NCBI GenBank assembly: GCA_965229825.1
Contig: CBDDJQ010000010.1
Location: 159,417-223,416, forward strand
Length of the DNA: 64,000 nt
DNA from: Vicinamibacterales bacterium
Lineage (GTDB): Bacteria > Acidobacteriota > Vicinamibacteria > Vicinamibacterales > UBA8438
Direction of reading: 5' to 3'
The notes beneath the pieces are model-generated. The model worked only from the letters and a program-made list of their open reading frames with translations, was not told where the DNA came from and ran no database searches. A program made the position numbers and the translations under genes. Position 1 is the first letter of the stretch. The number at the start of each line of letters is the position of its first letter. Positions 55,694 through 64,000 of this stretch are shown in pieces.

Positions 55694-55927
55694 TCAGTCC
55701 CGGTCCCATCCGCGTCGAAGCGCGTCCGTGTCGGGCAGGTCCGTTCGATCGCCCCAGATCCCGGCCGCCGCCCGGAGCGTCGCTTCCCGTCGGCTACGGC
55801 TCGCCTGCTCTATGAAACGGTCGACGGCCTCCCGGATGACCTCGCTCTGCCGCTTGCCGCTGTGGCCGGCGATGGCGGCGAGCTCGGCCCGCTGGTGTTC
55901 CGTCAGGTAGATCTGGGTCCGCACCAT
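55694..55927 (-). CDS. Ribbon-helix-helix (CopG-type) antitoxin paired with VapC
   Basis: The sequence reads MVRTQIYLTEHQRAELAAIAGHSGKRQSEVIREAVDRFI. It lies 3 nt upstream of the PIN gene. Confidence 0.8.
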   Translation of the reverse strand: MVRTQIYLTEHQRAELAAIAGHSGKRQSEVIREAVDRFIEQASRSRREATLRAAAGIWGDRTDLPDTDALRRGWDRD

Positions 55928-56201
55928 GAGTTGCTCCCGCGCTGTATATATCAGCAACATACACTATGCCGGCCAGCAGGCGGCACTCCGCCAGCTCGGT
56001 GGCGATCCGCGTGGTGCACCAAGCGGTCGATCGCCGCGGCCGTTGGCCTTCTCGTCGGGGCAGATCCGATCCCACTGGCTGAAGACCAAGTTGCTCACCA
56101 TCTCCCGGCGGCGCTCGTAGCGCTCGGTGAGCAGCGTGAGCAGCACCTCGCGGTACGAAGAGGGCCGATACGTGCGACACTGAATCCCAACCTGGGCGGA
56201 C

Positions 56202-56714
56202 ATGCAAACGAGCAATCCGACGCAAGCACACACAGGCGTACGTGCGAGGGCCGCGGCGGCAAAGCTGAGCGAACTGGCCGCGGAAGTGCAGGCTGGCTGG
56301 GATGCGACCACCCTCGAACGGCTCATCGTCAAGGGCCTCACCCGCTACTACCACGGCATCGACGCCAAGGCGCGCGCGGCGCTGGTTGCGGCCGAGCCGC
56401 CGCTGACCGGCACCGTCTGGGACGCGGTCCTCGCGGCTACCGTCGAGCATGTGTGCACGACCCACGGCGCAGAGCCGCCAGCGTGGACCCAGGCGCCCGA
56501 GCGCTTCCTGAAACGGCCCTGGGTGTACAGACGAGGACCGATCGAGCGAGGCACGGCGCTGGCCAACGCGCCGGCCGCCTTCATCCGGCACAACACCTTC
56601 ATCGAACCGCGGAACCTGGACGACCGCGGAGGAGAGCGCCATGTCTGGGCCGCTCACGAAAGCGCGGCTCCTCGAGCTGTTCGACCGGCTGAACGAGAAG
56701 CTGAAGCGGGCTGA
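56202..56714 (+). CDS. Hypothetical protein, first gene of a three-gene unit
   Basis: The ORF is coherent and overlaps the next gene by 74 nt. I recognise no family. Confidence 0.4.
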   Translation: MQTSNPTQAHTGVRARAAAAKLSELAAEVQAGWDATTLERLIVKGLTRYYHGIDAKARAALVAAEPPLTGTVWDAVLAATVEHVCTTHGAEPPAWTQAPERFLKRPWVYRRGPIERGTALANAPAAFIRHNTFIEPRNLDDRGGERHVWAAHESAAPRAVRPAEREAEAG

Positions 56715-57225
56715 TCAGCCTGGCGAGGTGTACATCGTCGTCGGCGCGATGATGGCGCTGGCGCACGATGCCGAGCGGGTGACCGAGGACGTCGACTCGC
56801 ACATCCGCCAGGGCCGCGAGGCGGTGACGCAGGCGGTCGCCGAGATCGCGGACGAGGAGGGCATGAGCAAGCACTGGCTGAACGAGGCCGTGACCATGCG
56901 GCACCTGCCCCAAGACCCGGACTCGGGCGAGCGGCGCGTCTACGCCAACTCGCACTTGGCGATCGAGGGCGCCTCGACCAGCCGGATGATCGCGATGAAG
57001 CTGCACGCGGGCCGGCCGCCCGACTTGGCGGACCTCGACATCCTGCTGGAGGAAGCTCGCGTGAAGACGAGGCAGGAAGCCGTACGGGTACACGCGCTGA
57101 CCTACGGCACCGAGCCGATGGCGGCCGAAGCTGATCTGTACCTGATCGAACGCTACGGACGGCGGCAGCCGGATCGGCACGCCGGACCGACACCACCGGA
57201 TCGGCACGCCGGACCGACACCATGA
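56641..57225 (+). CDS. Hypothetical protein, DUF6036-like (nucleotidyltransferase-fold) candidate
   Basis: The sequence reads EVYIVVGAMMALAHDAERVTEDVDSHI...KHWLNEAV...RMIAMKLHAGRPPDLADLDILL. The C-terminus carries a direct peptide repeat (PDRHAGPTP twice). The family call is tentative. Confidence 0.45.
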   Translation: MSGPLTKARLLELFDRLNEKLKRADQPGEVYIVVGAMMALAHDAERVTEDVDSHIRQGREAVTQAVAEIADEEGMSKHWLNEAVTMRHLPQDPDSGERRVYANSHLAIEGASTSRMIAMKLHAGRPPDLADLDILLEEARVKTRQEAVRVHALTYGTEPMAAEADLYLIERYGRRQPDRHAGPTPPDRHAGPTP

Positions 57226-57752
57226 GCAGCCACGACGGCACGGCGTCGGCCGACAACAAGGAACAACCGTCGGCGCACGTGGTGACCAGCCGGCGAGACG
57301 AACGAGCCGAGGCCGTACTGGGCCGACTCGAGGCGCAGATGGTCAAGAGCAGGCTGCGCGGCCACATCTACCTGACCGAGCGAACCGTGGTCGAGTTCGC
57401 AACGCGCCAGAAGCGGGCCGACAGGCCGCTGGAACGGAACGTCGGGCCAGAACCGGTCAGACGCGCCCTGGGAGAGATACTCCGCGCGGAAGCAGAACCG
57501 GAGATCTGGCTCAGGCGCCTGCACGCCGAAGCGACCCAACGAATGCGAGTGCCGGCGCCGGCGCTGTGGAACAGCCCGACCCTGGTGGTTACCGGCGCAA
57601 TGGGGAGCCGGGCTCTATGCGCCGCGCTCGAGCACGAAGCCGCCTATGCGGCCGAGACCATCGACCGGCTGATGAAGGAGGCCGACGTGGGCGAGAACGA
57701 GGCCGCGTCGATATTCGAGGAAGTGACGGGCAAGCCGCTGAAGCCACGATAA
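57222..57752 (+). CDS. Hypothetical protein, third gene of the unit
   Basis: The start overlaps the previous stop (ATGA). The composition is coherent. Confidence 0.4.
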   Translation: MSSHDGTASADNKEQPSAHVVTSRRDERAEAVLGRLEAQMVKSRLRGHIYLTERTVVEFATRQKRADRPLERNVGPEPVRRALGEILRAEAEPEIWLRRLHAEATQRMRVPAPALWNSPTLVVTGAMGSRALCAALEHEAAYAAETIDRLMKEADVGENEAASIFEEVTGKPLKPR

Positions 57753-57773
57753 CCCCGCGTGATCCGGAGACCG

Positions 57774-57989
57774 TCACTCTGGCCAAGCGAGGTCCGCCCC
57801 CATCGCGCGGTCCACCTCCACCCCGAACCGCCGAGACTCGGTGACGCTACAACCTTGGGCTCCCTCTTGTCCGGGCATCTCTTCCCTCGCGTTCGTCGCT
57901 CTCGCCAGCGTGGTCGCCGACAACCCGAACGGCTCCATGAAGCCGTGCTTCAGGACCTCGCCGGGGTGTACCGGCTGCAAACGCGTCAC
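57774..57989 (-). pseudogene. HigA-type (Xre HTH) antitoxin remnant
   Basis: The N-terminus VHPGEVLKHGFMEPFGLSATTLARATN matches the HigA consensus (HPGE.L.EEFL.P.G.S...LA..L). The remainder is degenerate. Confidence 0.5.
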
Positions 57990-58001
57990 GCGTTCATTCC
58001 T

Positions 58002-58349
58002 TCAGTGGTAGTCGACGATCTCGGCTTCGATCCCCAGCGCGGCCATCAGCGCGGTGTCGAGCCGCAGCAGCTTGGCGGGACCGAGGCTTCCGACGTACCG
58101 CGTCAGTTGCGCCTTCGGCAGACTGACGAGCTCGTCGCAATGCACGCTGCTGTCGTGGAGAAGTCCTTCATCCGGTCCGACCTCGATCTGTGTCGTCAGT
58201 CCGTGGCGCGCCGAGTACACGGGTGCGCACACGATCGTCGAGAATCGGGAATCGATGAGCGCCTGCCGGCTGACGACCAGGAAGACCCGAAAGCGCTTCG
58301 GCTCACGCGCGTGAGGCCTCTCGACCCGGTAGAGCTCGCCGCGTCTCAC
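58002..58349 (-). CDS. mazF: PemK/MazF-family toxin
   Basis: The sequence reads MRRGELYRV...[24 protein letters not shown]......T.I.V.......[16 protein letters not shown]. It overlaps the upstream antitoxin (ATGA-type overlap). Confidence 0.8.
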   Translation of the reverse strand: MRRGELYRVERPHAREPKRFRVFLVVSRQALIDSRFSTIVCAPVYSARHGLTTQIEVGPDEGLLHDSSVHCDELVSLPKAQLTRYVGSLGPAKLLRLDTALMAALGIEAEIVDYH

Positions 58350-58576
58350 GTCTCCACCTGGTAGCCGAGGACGTCGAGCGCCTCCTCGTTGAGCTCGTCG
58401 GCGTGCGCGTCGATGATGCCCCTGTCGCGTTCATCCAGCGCCGATCGCGTCCGTGCGGCGAGCCCCTGCCGCAGGAGCCGCTCGATGACCTGGGACCGGC
58501 TCTCTCCGCTCTGCGCGATCGCGTCGACGGCGGCAACGACCTCCCGGTCGAGTGTGACAGATGTCTTCAGCTTCAT
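58346..58576 (-). CDS. Ribbon-helix-helix antitoxin paired with MazF/PemK
   Basis: The sequence reads [39 protein letters not shown]. Confidence 0.75.
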   Translation of the reverse strand: MKLKTSVTLDREVVAAVDAIAQSGESRSQVIERLLRQGLAARTRSALDERDRGIIDAHADELNEEALDVLGYQVET

Positions 58577-58696
58577 ACCACGATCATACTCCGCACGGTC
58601 GTGGTTCGATTGCCGGGGTGTCCGGTCCTGACTGGATGGCAGCGGGAGATGTGGAGTCGGATGGCGATGTCGAGGAGGTGACCGTGAGGGCGTCAG

Positions 58697-58985
58697 TCAG
58701 CTGTTCGTCGACTGACGGGGCTGAGCGGCACCGTGGTCGTTCGCTTGTGCCGGGACGGCCGCCCGCATCAGGATGGCCCGCGTATAGAGCAGCTCGAAGC
58801 CCTGCCGCTGGACGTTCTGCTGAGACTTGGAGCCCGGCTGAGTGGTGACGATGGCGACGTCGCAACTCTGGCGCGCCGCGGCGGCCAGCCGGGCCGCGAG
58901 CAGCGCGCTCTGCACGCCGCGGCGACGATGGGCGGTCGCGGTCGCGGCGCCGCACAGTTGCGCGAACCAGGCGGCCCGTGTCGGG
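58697..58985 (-). pseudogene. GNAT acetyltransferase, C-terminal fragment
   Basis: The stitched reading is WFAQLCGAATATAHRRRGVQSALLAARLAAAARQSCDVAIVTTQPGSKSQQNVQRQGFELLYTRAIL. No N-terminal half is present. Confidence 0.6.
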
Positions 58986-59060
58986 CAGGTGCCGCCGGAG
59001 CAACGCGAGGACCCTCTGGCGATCCGCGGTCGTGATGTCGATGGCTGCGTCTACTCCCAC
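58977..59060 (-). pseudogene. MNT-type nucleotidyltransferase (HI0073-like antitoxin), N-terminal fragment
   Basis: The sequence VGVDAAIDITTADRQRVLALLRRHLPDT then loses its frame. Confidence 0.4.
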
Positions 59061-59184
59061 GGATGACGGATTCTGCGATGCCCTCGCGATCCAGGTCGGA
59101 GAGCGCGGGGTTGCCCCGCCGGTAGTTCCCGTGCTGCTCCTCGAGACGCTTCAGGGACGAGCGCAACCCGCTGTAGTCGATCAT
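59059..59184 (-). pseudogene. HEPN (HI0074-like, nucleotidyltransferase substrate-binding) fragment
   Basis: The sequence MIDYSGLRSSLKRLEEQHGNYRRGNPALSDLDREGIAESVIR then degenerates. Confidence 0.4.
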
Positions 59185-59268
59185 GCTGTGGCGGGTCCGA
59201 TCGTCCGTTCGCGGACGATCATGAACGCGCCTCTCTGATGCGTCTTCGACCTCCGGCCCAAGCGTGCT

Positions 59269-59481
59269 TCACGCCGCCACGTCGACAACCGCCGCCGTGG
59301 AGCGGGGTGCCGGCACCGGCTCGCCATGCTCGCGCAGACTCTCGATATGGAACTGGATCGCCCGACGCATCTCGTCGACCGTCTCGTCCTGCGTGGCGCC
59401 CGTCGCGACGCAGCCGGGTAGATCCGGCACGTACGCGGCGTAGTTTTCCGGCGACTTCTCAATAACGATGGTGTACTGCAT
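59269..59481 (-). CDS. hicB: HicB-family antitoxin
   Basis: The sequence reads MQYTIVIEKSPENYAAYVPDLPGCVATGATQDETVDEMRRAIQFHIESL. Confidence 0.9.
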   Translation of the reverse strand: MQYTIVIEKSPENYAAYVPDLPGCVATGATQDETVDEMRRAIQFHIESLREHGEPVPAPRSTAAVVDVAA

Positions 59482-59490
59482 CTCGTTCGC

Positions 59491-59682
59491 TCAATCCTCC
59501 AGGCCGGCGTGCTTCGCGATGCTGGCCCACGTGCCGCTCGGCAGGTCATCGCTCAACTTGCCGGCGATGGTCACGGTTCCCGCCTTGTCTGGATGTCGAT
59601 ACTGGCGATGGCTTCCTCTGGTGCGGACCAGGACCCACCCCTGCTGTTCGACGAGGCGAATCGCATCCCGGACTTTTGGCAT
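59491..59682 (-). CDS. hicA: HicA-family mRNA-interferase toxin
   Basis: The sequence reads [39 protein letters not shown]...[15 protein letters not shown]. Confidence 0.9.
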   Translation of the reverse strand: MPKVRDAIRLVEQQGWVLVRTRGSHRQYRHPDKAGTVTIAGKLSDDLPSGTWASIAKHAGLED

Positions 59683-59707
59683 GACGAGGCGAGCTCGTCA
59701 TCGGTTC

Positions 59708-60305
<598 letters not shown>

Positions 60306-60515
60306 CCCCGTGGTCCCTGTCGCCGAGAATCCAGCACTCGCGGGCCGACAGGCAGCCCCGTCACCGGATAGCGTACAACACCGCTCTACGTCGGCCGGAC
60401 ACGCGATGTGCGCGAACGGTTTGGCGTCGATTCAGGGGCGCAGGGTTCGTGTCCGCTCTGCCGGAGCGGATTTGGCCAGGAAAGGCATTTATTTTCAACG
60501 ACTTGCTGGTGGGAG

Positions 60516-60605
60516 TGGCGGAGAGAGTGGGATTCGAACCCACGGTAGAGTTTCCCCTACACACGCTTTCCAAGCGTGCTCCTTCAACCGCTCGGACATC
60601 TCTCC
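60516..60605 (-). tRNA. tRNA-Ser (anticodon GGA), class II with a long variable arm, CCA encoded
   Basis: Read 5'->3' on the minus strand: GGAGAGA-TG-TCC-GAGCGGTTGAA-GGA-G-CACGC-TTGGAAA-GCGTG-TGTAGGGGAAACTCTAC-C-GTGGG-TTCGAAT-CCCAC-TCTCTCC-G-CCA. Confidence 0.9.
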
Positions 60606-60774
60606 GGAAACGAGGCGTGCACGGTCTCGCGAACAGTCTACCACGGGCGTTTCCGGGCCCGGTGCCGGCCTGCGGGCGGTGGCGCGGGACGCTTGATCGG
60701 GCTAAGGGGGGGCGATAGACTGAAGCTGCCGCCGGCCGATCGGGGCGGGCGGTCGCCGTCCAGGATGGTGACGG

Positions 60775-60890
60775 GTCGCAGCGCGGCTCGGAACCTGTGC
60801 AATCTCAGCCTACGAACCGCGTCAGGGCCGGAAGGCAGCAGCGCTAAGTAGTCACTGACATGTGCCGCAGGCTCTTCCGGGTCGCGGCTG
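60775..60890 (+). ncRNA. ffs: Signal recognition particle RNA (small/4.5S type). The ends are approximate.
   Basis: The conserved domain IV motif GTCAGGGCCGGAAGGCAGCAGC has its GGAA tetraloop at 60830-60833. Flanking complementary segments are present (ctac/gtag, tcag/ctga, cctg/cagg). It sits at the conserved position directly upstream of dnaX. Confidence 0.65.
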
Positions 60891-60912
60891 GGGCCCGCCA
60901 CCCCTCACCCGC

Positions 60913-63093
60913 ATGGCCTATCAGGTTCTTGCCCGCAAGTGGCGGCCGCAACGGTTTGATGACGTCATCGGCCAGCGCGGCGTCACCCAGACCTTGCGCA
61001 ACGCCATCGCCCGCGAGCGGGTCGCCCAGGCGTTCGTGTTCGCGGGGCCTCGGGGCGTCGGCAAGACGACGACGGCGCGGATTCTCGCCCGAGCCCTGAA
61101 CTGCGTCGAGGGACCGACGGCCGACCCGTGCGGCGAATGCGACGCCTGCCGCGAGGTGGCCGAGGGCCGCAACATCGACGTGCTGGAGATCGACGCCGCC
61201 ACCCACACCCAGGTCGACAACGTTCGCGAGGTGATCATCTCGGGGTTGTCCATCGCCCCGGTGCGCGACCGCTACAAGGTGTTCATCATCGACGAGGTGC
61301 ACCAGCTCTCGTCGAGCTCGTTCAACGCCCTGCTGAAGTCCGTCGAGGAGCCGCCGCCGCACGTGGTCTTCATCATGGCGACGACGCTTCTCGACAAGAT
61401 TCCCGACACGATTCTCTCGCGCGCGCAGGTCTTCGAGTTCCACACCATCGGCACCGCCGCGATTGCCGAGCAGCTTCGGATGATTATCGAGGCGGAGAAG
61501 GTGTCCATCGACGAGGCGGGTCTCGTCCTCATCGCCCGCACCGCCACCGGCAGCATGCGCGACGCCGAGAGCGCGCTCGATCAGGTGATTGCCTTCGCGG
61601 GAGACTCGGCCGGGGCCGACGACGTGTCCGCGGTGCTGGGCCTGGTGGGCCGCGATGCGGTCCTCGACATGGCGGAGACGGTGGCCGGCGAGGCGGCCGA
61701 CCGCGTCTTCGATCTGGCCGGCCGGTTCGTCGAGGCGGGATACGACCTGCGCTCGGTCTGCCGCGAGCTCGCCCGGCTGGTTCGCGACCTGCTCGTGCTG
61801 AAGGTGGACCCGCGCCGCATCACCGACCCGGAGATCGCCGCCGACGCCGAGCGCGACCGCCTGCAGGCCCTGGCGAACCGGTTCTCGAGGGAGGACCTGC
61901 TGCGCGGATTCGACGTGCTGTCGCGGGCCGAGTTCGACATCCGCAACGCGACGCAGCCACGCTACCACTTCGAGATGGCGATGCTGCGCTGGATCCATCT
62001 GCGCGCGCTGGTGCCGCTGACCGACCTGCTCGCCGGAGCCGGCCAAGTCGAACCGTCGGCGCCGGCCGCCGCGCCGGCTCCTCGCCGCCCCACGCCGGCC
62101 GCCGCGCCGGCTCCTCGCCGCCCGGCGCCGGTCGAGTCGCCGCCGCGGCGCGCCACGCCGGCCGCGGAGGGGCGCCGGCCCGCGGCCCCGGCGGCGGCGC
62201 GTCCAGAGCCCCGTTCCACACCGGGGGCAGGCTCACCGGCGACGGCGGCCCCGGCGGCGGCCACCGGGTCGATGGCCGGCCTGAAGGAACGGTTTCTCGC
62301 CGAGTTGCAGGCCAAGAAGAAGTTCTTTCACGGGACGGTGGCCGCCCAGGCTCGGGAGATCGAGGTCGACAAGGGGCGGATCACCTTCGTCTTCACCACC
62401 GCCCAGCGCACGCTGGCCCAACAGGTGGAGAAGGGCCGCTCCTGGCTCGAACCGCTGGCCGGCCAGATGGCCGGGCAGAAGATGGCGGTGGCCGTTCGGC
62501 AGGTCGACGGGCCGGCGGCCCCGGGCCCCGGGACCGCGTCCGGAGAGCCCGAGACGGGACCCGGCCCGCACCAACCGGCCCTGACGGCGCTGCCGCCCGA
62601 GCCGCCGGCGCCGACCGAGCCGCCGGCCGATCTCGAGTCCGCGCCGCTCGGGTCGCCGGTGCAGTCCGCTTTCCGGTCATCGTCGCTCGAGCCGCAAGCC
62701 GGTTCTGCTCCCTCGCTGCTCGGGTCGCCGGTGCAGTCCGGGTCTTCGCCGCCCGCGGATGGCGCTGCCTCGCCGCTCGGGTCGCCGGTGCAGTCCGCTT
62801 TTCTGTCATCGTCGGGGAAGCCGGCGGCTGATTCTGCTCCCTCGCTGCTCGGGTCGCCGGTACAGTCCGAACCGCCCGCGGATGGCGCTCCCTCGCTGCT
62901 CGGGTCGCCGGTGCAGTCCGAACCGCCGGCGGATGGCGCCTCCTCGTCGCTCGGGTCGCCGGTCCGGTCGGGGGCCCCGTCGCCGCCGCCGGAGAAGACC
63001 GACGACCTGCTGTCGCAGGCGATGGACGATCCCGCGGTGCAGACCATGCTCGACGTGTTCCCGGCCGAGATCAAGGAAGTCGAAGAGATGTGA
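60913..63093 (+). CDS. dnaX: DNA polymerase III subunit gamma/tau
   Basis: The sequence reads MAYQVLARKWRPQRFDDVIGQ...FAGPRGVGKTT...CGECDACREV...FIIDEVHQLS. The C-terminal linker is long, Pro-rich and repeat-containing. Confidence 0.95.
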   Translation: MAYQVLARKWRPQRFDDVIGQRGVTQTLRNAIARERVAQAFVFAGPRGVGKTTTARILARALNCVEGPTADPCGECDACREVAEGRNIDVLEIDAATHTQVDNVREVIISGLSIAPVRDRYKVFIIDEVHQLSSSSFNALLKSVEEPPPHVVFIMATTLLDKIPDTILSRAQVFEFHTIGTAAIAEQLRMIIEAEKVSIDEAGLVLIARTATGSMRDAESALDQVIAFAGDSAGADDVSAVLGLVGRDAVLDMAETVAGEAADRVFDLAGRFVEAGYDLRSVCRELARLVRDLLVLKVDPRRITDPEIAADAERDRLQALANRFSREDLLRGFDVLSRAEFDIRNATQPRYHFEMAMLRWIHLRALVPLTDLLAGAGQVEPSAPAAAPAPRRPTPAAAPAPRRPAPVESPPRRATPAAEGRRPAAPAAARPEPRSTPGAGSPATAAPAAATGSMAGLKERFLAELQAKKKFFHGTVAAQAREIEVDKGRITFVFTTAQRTLAQQVEKGRSWLEPLAGQMAGQKMAVAVRQVDGPAAPGPGTASGEPETGPGPHQPALTALPPEPPAPTEPPADLESAPLGSPVQSAFRSSSLEPQAGSAPSLLGSPVQSGSSPPADGAASPLGSPVQSAFLSSSGKPAADSAPSLLGSPVQSEPPADGAPSLLGSPVQSEPPADGASSSLGSPVRSGAPSPPPEKTDDLLSQAMDDPAVQTMLDVFPAEIKEVEEM
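62641..62975 (+). repeat. Six copies of a coding repeat centred on ctcgggtcgccggtgcagtcc (peptide LGSPVQS) inside the dnaX linker
   Basis: The peptide reads APLGSPVQSAFRSSS...SLLGSPVQSGSS...SPLGSPVQSAFLSSS...SLLGSPVQSEPPADGAPSLLGSPVQSEPPADGASSSLGSPVRS. Confidence 0.85.
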
Positions 63094-63098
63094 CCGCC

Positions 63099-63398
63099 AT
63101 GAACATTCAGAAAATGATGCAGCAGGCGCAGCAGATGCAGGACAATCTGCAGAAGCAGCTCAAGCAGGCCACGGTCGAGGCGACCGCGGGCGGCGGCATG
63201 GTGACCGTCGTCATGAACGGGGTCAAGGAGATCCAGAGTCTGAGCATCGACCCCGAGGTGGTGTCGCCCGACGACGTGGAGATGCTGCAGGACCTCATCG
63301 TGGCGGCGGTGGCCGATGCGCAGCGCCGCGCCGACGAACTCGTCTCCCAGCGGATGGGCGGCATGATGGGCGGGCTCAAGATTCCCGGGATGTCATGA
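63099..63398 (+). CDS. ybaB: YbaB/EbfC-family nucleoid-associated protein
   Basis: The sequence reads [55 protein letters not shown]. It lies between dnaX and recR. Confidence 0.95.
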   Translation: MNIQKMMQQAQQMQDNLQKQLKQATVEATAGGGMVTVVMNGVKEIQSLSIDPEVVSPDDVEMLQDLIVAAVADAQRRADELVSQRMGGMMGGLKIPGMS

Positions 63399-63414
63399 TC
63401 CGGCCCGAAACGCG

Positions 63415-64000
63415 ATGATACGAATCGAGCCGCTCGTGCGGCTGACCGGGCAGCTCCAGAAGCTGCCGGGTATCGGGGCCAAGAGCGCCCAGCGGCTGGC
63501 CTTCCACCTCCTGAAGCAGCCACGCGAGGAGGCCGACCAGTTGTGCGACGCCATTCGCGACGTCAAGGATCGGGTCATCTACTGCTCGGTCTGCTCGAAC
63601 ATCACCGACTGCGACCCCTGCTTCTACTGCACCGACGCGGGGCGGGACCGGCGGCTAATGTGCGTGGTGGAAGACCCCCACAACGTCGCCGCGATCGAGA
63701 AGACCGGCGACTTCAGGGGCACCTACCACGTGCTGATGGGGGCGTTGTCGCCCCTGAGGGGGATCGGTCCCGACGATCTGCGGATCGCGGGGTTGCTGCA
63801 GCGGGTCGGCGGCGGCGAGGTGAGCGAAGTGATTCTCGCCACCAACCCGAACGTCGAGGGCGAGGCGACGGCCATCTATCTGGCGAAGCTGATCAAGCCG
63901 CTGGGGGTCCGGGTCAGCCGCATCGCGATGGGGGTGCCGGTGGGCAGCGACCTCGAGTACGCCGACGAGATCACCATGCTCAAGGCGATGGAGGGCCGGC
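63415..64000 (+). CDS. recR: Recombination protein RecR, 3' partial at the window end
   Basis: The HhH region reads [33 protein letters not shown]. The zinc finger is [16 protein letters not shown]. The Toprim region reads [27 protein letters not shown]...[15 protein letters not shown]. Confidence 0.95.
   Translation, partial: MIRIEPLVRLTGQLQKLPGIGAKSAQRLAFHLLKQPREEADQLCDAIRDVKDRVIYCSVCSNITDCDPCFYCTDAGRDRRLMCVVEDPHNVAAIEKTGDFRGTYHVLMGALSPLRGIGPDDLRIAGLLQRVGGGEVSEVILATNPNVEGEATAIYLAKLIKPLGVRVSRIAMGVPVGSDLEYADEITMLKAMEGR

Noticed and set aside
60400-60470. tRNA-like fragment or att repeat (..gcagggttcgtgtccgctctgcc..) between hsdM and tRNA-Ser
   Set aside because: The flanking bases do not form a T-stem, and there is no extended identity to the 3' end of the adjacent tRNA-Ser.

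Overview
High-GC bacterial chromosomal segment. By eye it is well above 60% G+C, with a few clearly lower-GC inserts. The content looks like Acidobacteriota/Gemmatimonadota-type gene content, but taxonomy cannot be proven from this window. Almost every long antisense ORF in the six-frame track is a GC artefact.

Real content, left to right:
1. The 3' part of a giant adhesin: an FN3 tail, then six near-identical 279-bp '95-aa' repeats, then an autotransporter beta-barrel broken by frameshifts.
2. An accessory island of about 20 kb (about 3.4-24.3 kb). It opens with a GGGCCC-palindrome-rich spacer and a heavily frameshifted hypothetical gene plus tyrosine-integrase remnant.
3. Inside the island, an intact, translationally coupled four-gene operon: SNF2 helicase with a C-terminal DUF3883 nuclease-like domain, a DUF1156 Zn-ribbon DNA methylase, an unknown 198-aa ORF, and a DUF499 ATPase. 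This is an Hma-like, restriction-modification-like defence candidate.
4. Also in the island, a lower-GC gene encoding a caspase-like (peptidase C14) domain fused to a Ser/Thr kinase. Three different IS elements sit in or against it (IS66, IS1380, ISL3). A lower-GC DUF4145/HEPN-like ORF and an orphan Phd antitoxin follow.
5. Housekeeping and envelope genes: cca, S9 peptidase, FGE-like protein, HtrA, trxA, DedA-type protein, BNR lipoprotein, beta-lactamase-fold hydrolase, CxxCH protein, vapBC, a methyltransferase, an aminotransferase, a TonB-dependent receptor.
6. A complete moxR-DUF58-DUF4381-batABCDE aerotolerance-type operon.
7. A toxin-antitoxin junkyard next to tRNA-Ser(GGA): vapBC, mazEF, hicAB, fragments of HigA, MNT, HEPN and GNAT genes, and an internally deleted hsdM.
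8. The conserved ffs-dnaX-ybaB-recR block.

The best candidates for novelty are the four-gene Hma-like locus, especially its uncharacterised 198-aa component, and the IS-riddled caspase-kinase gene with its DUF4145-like neighbour.
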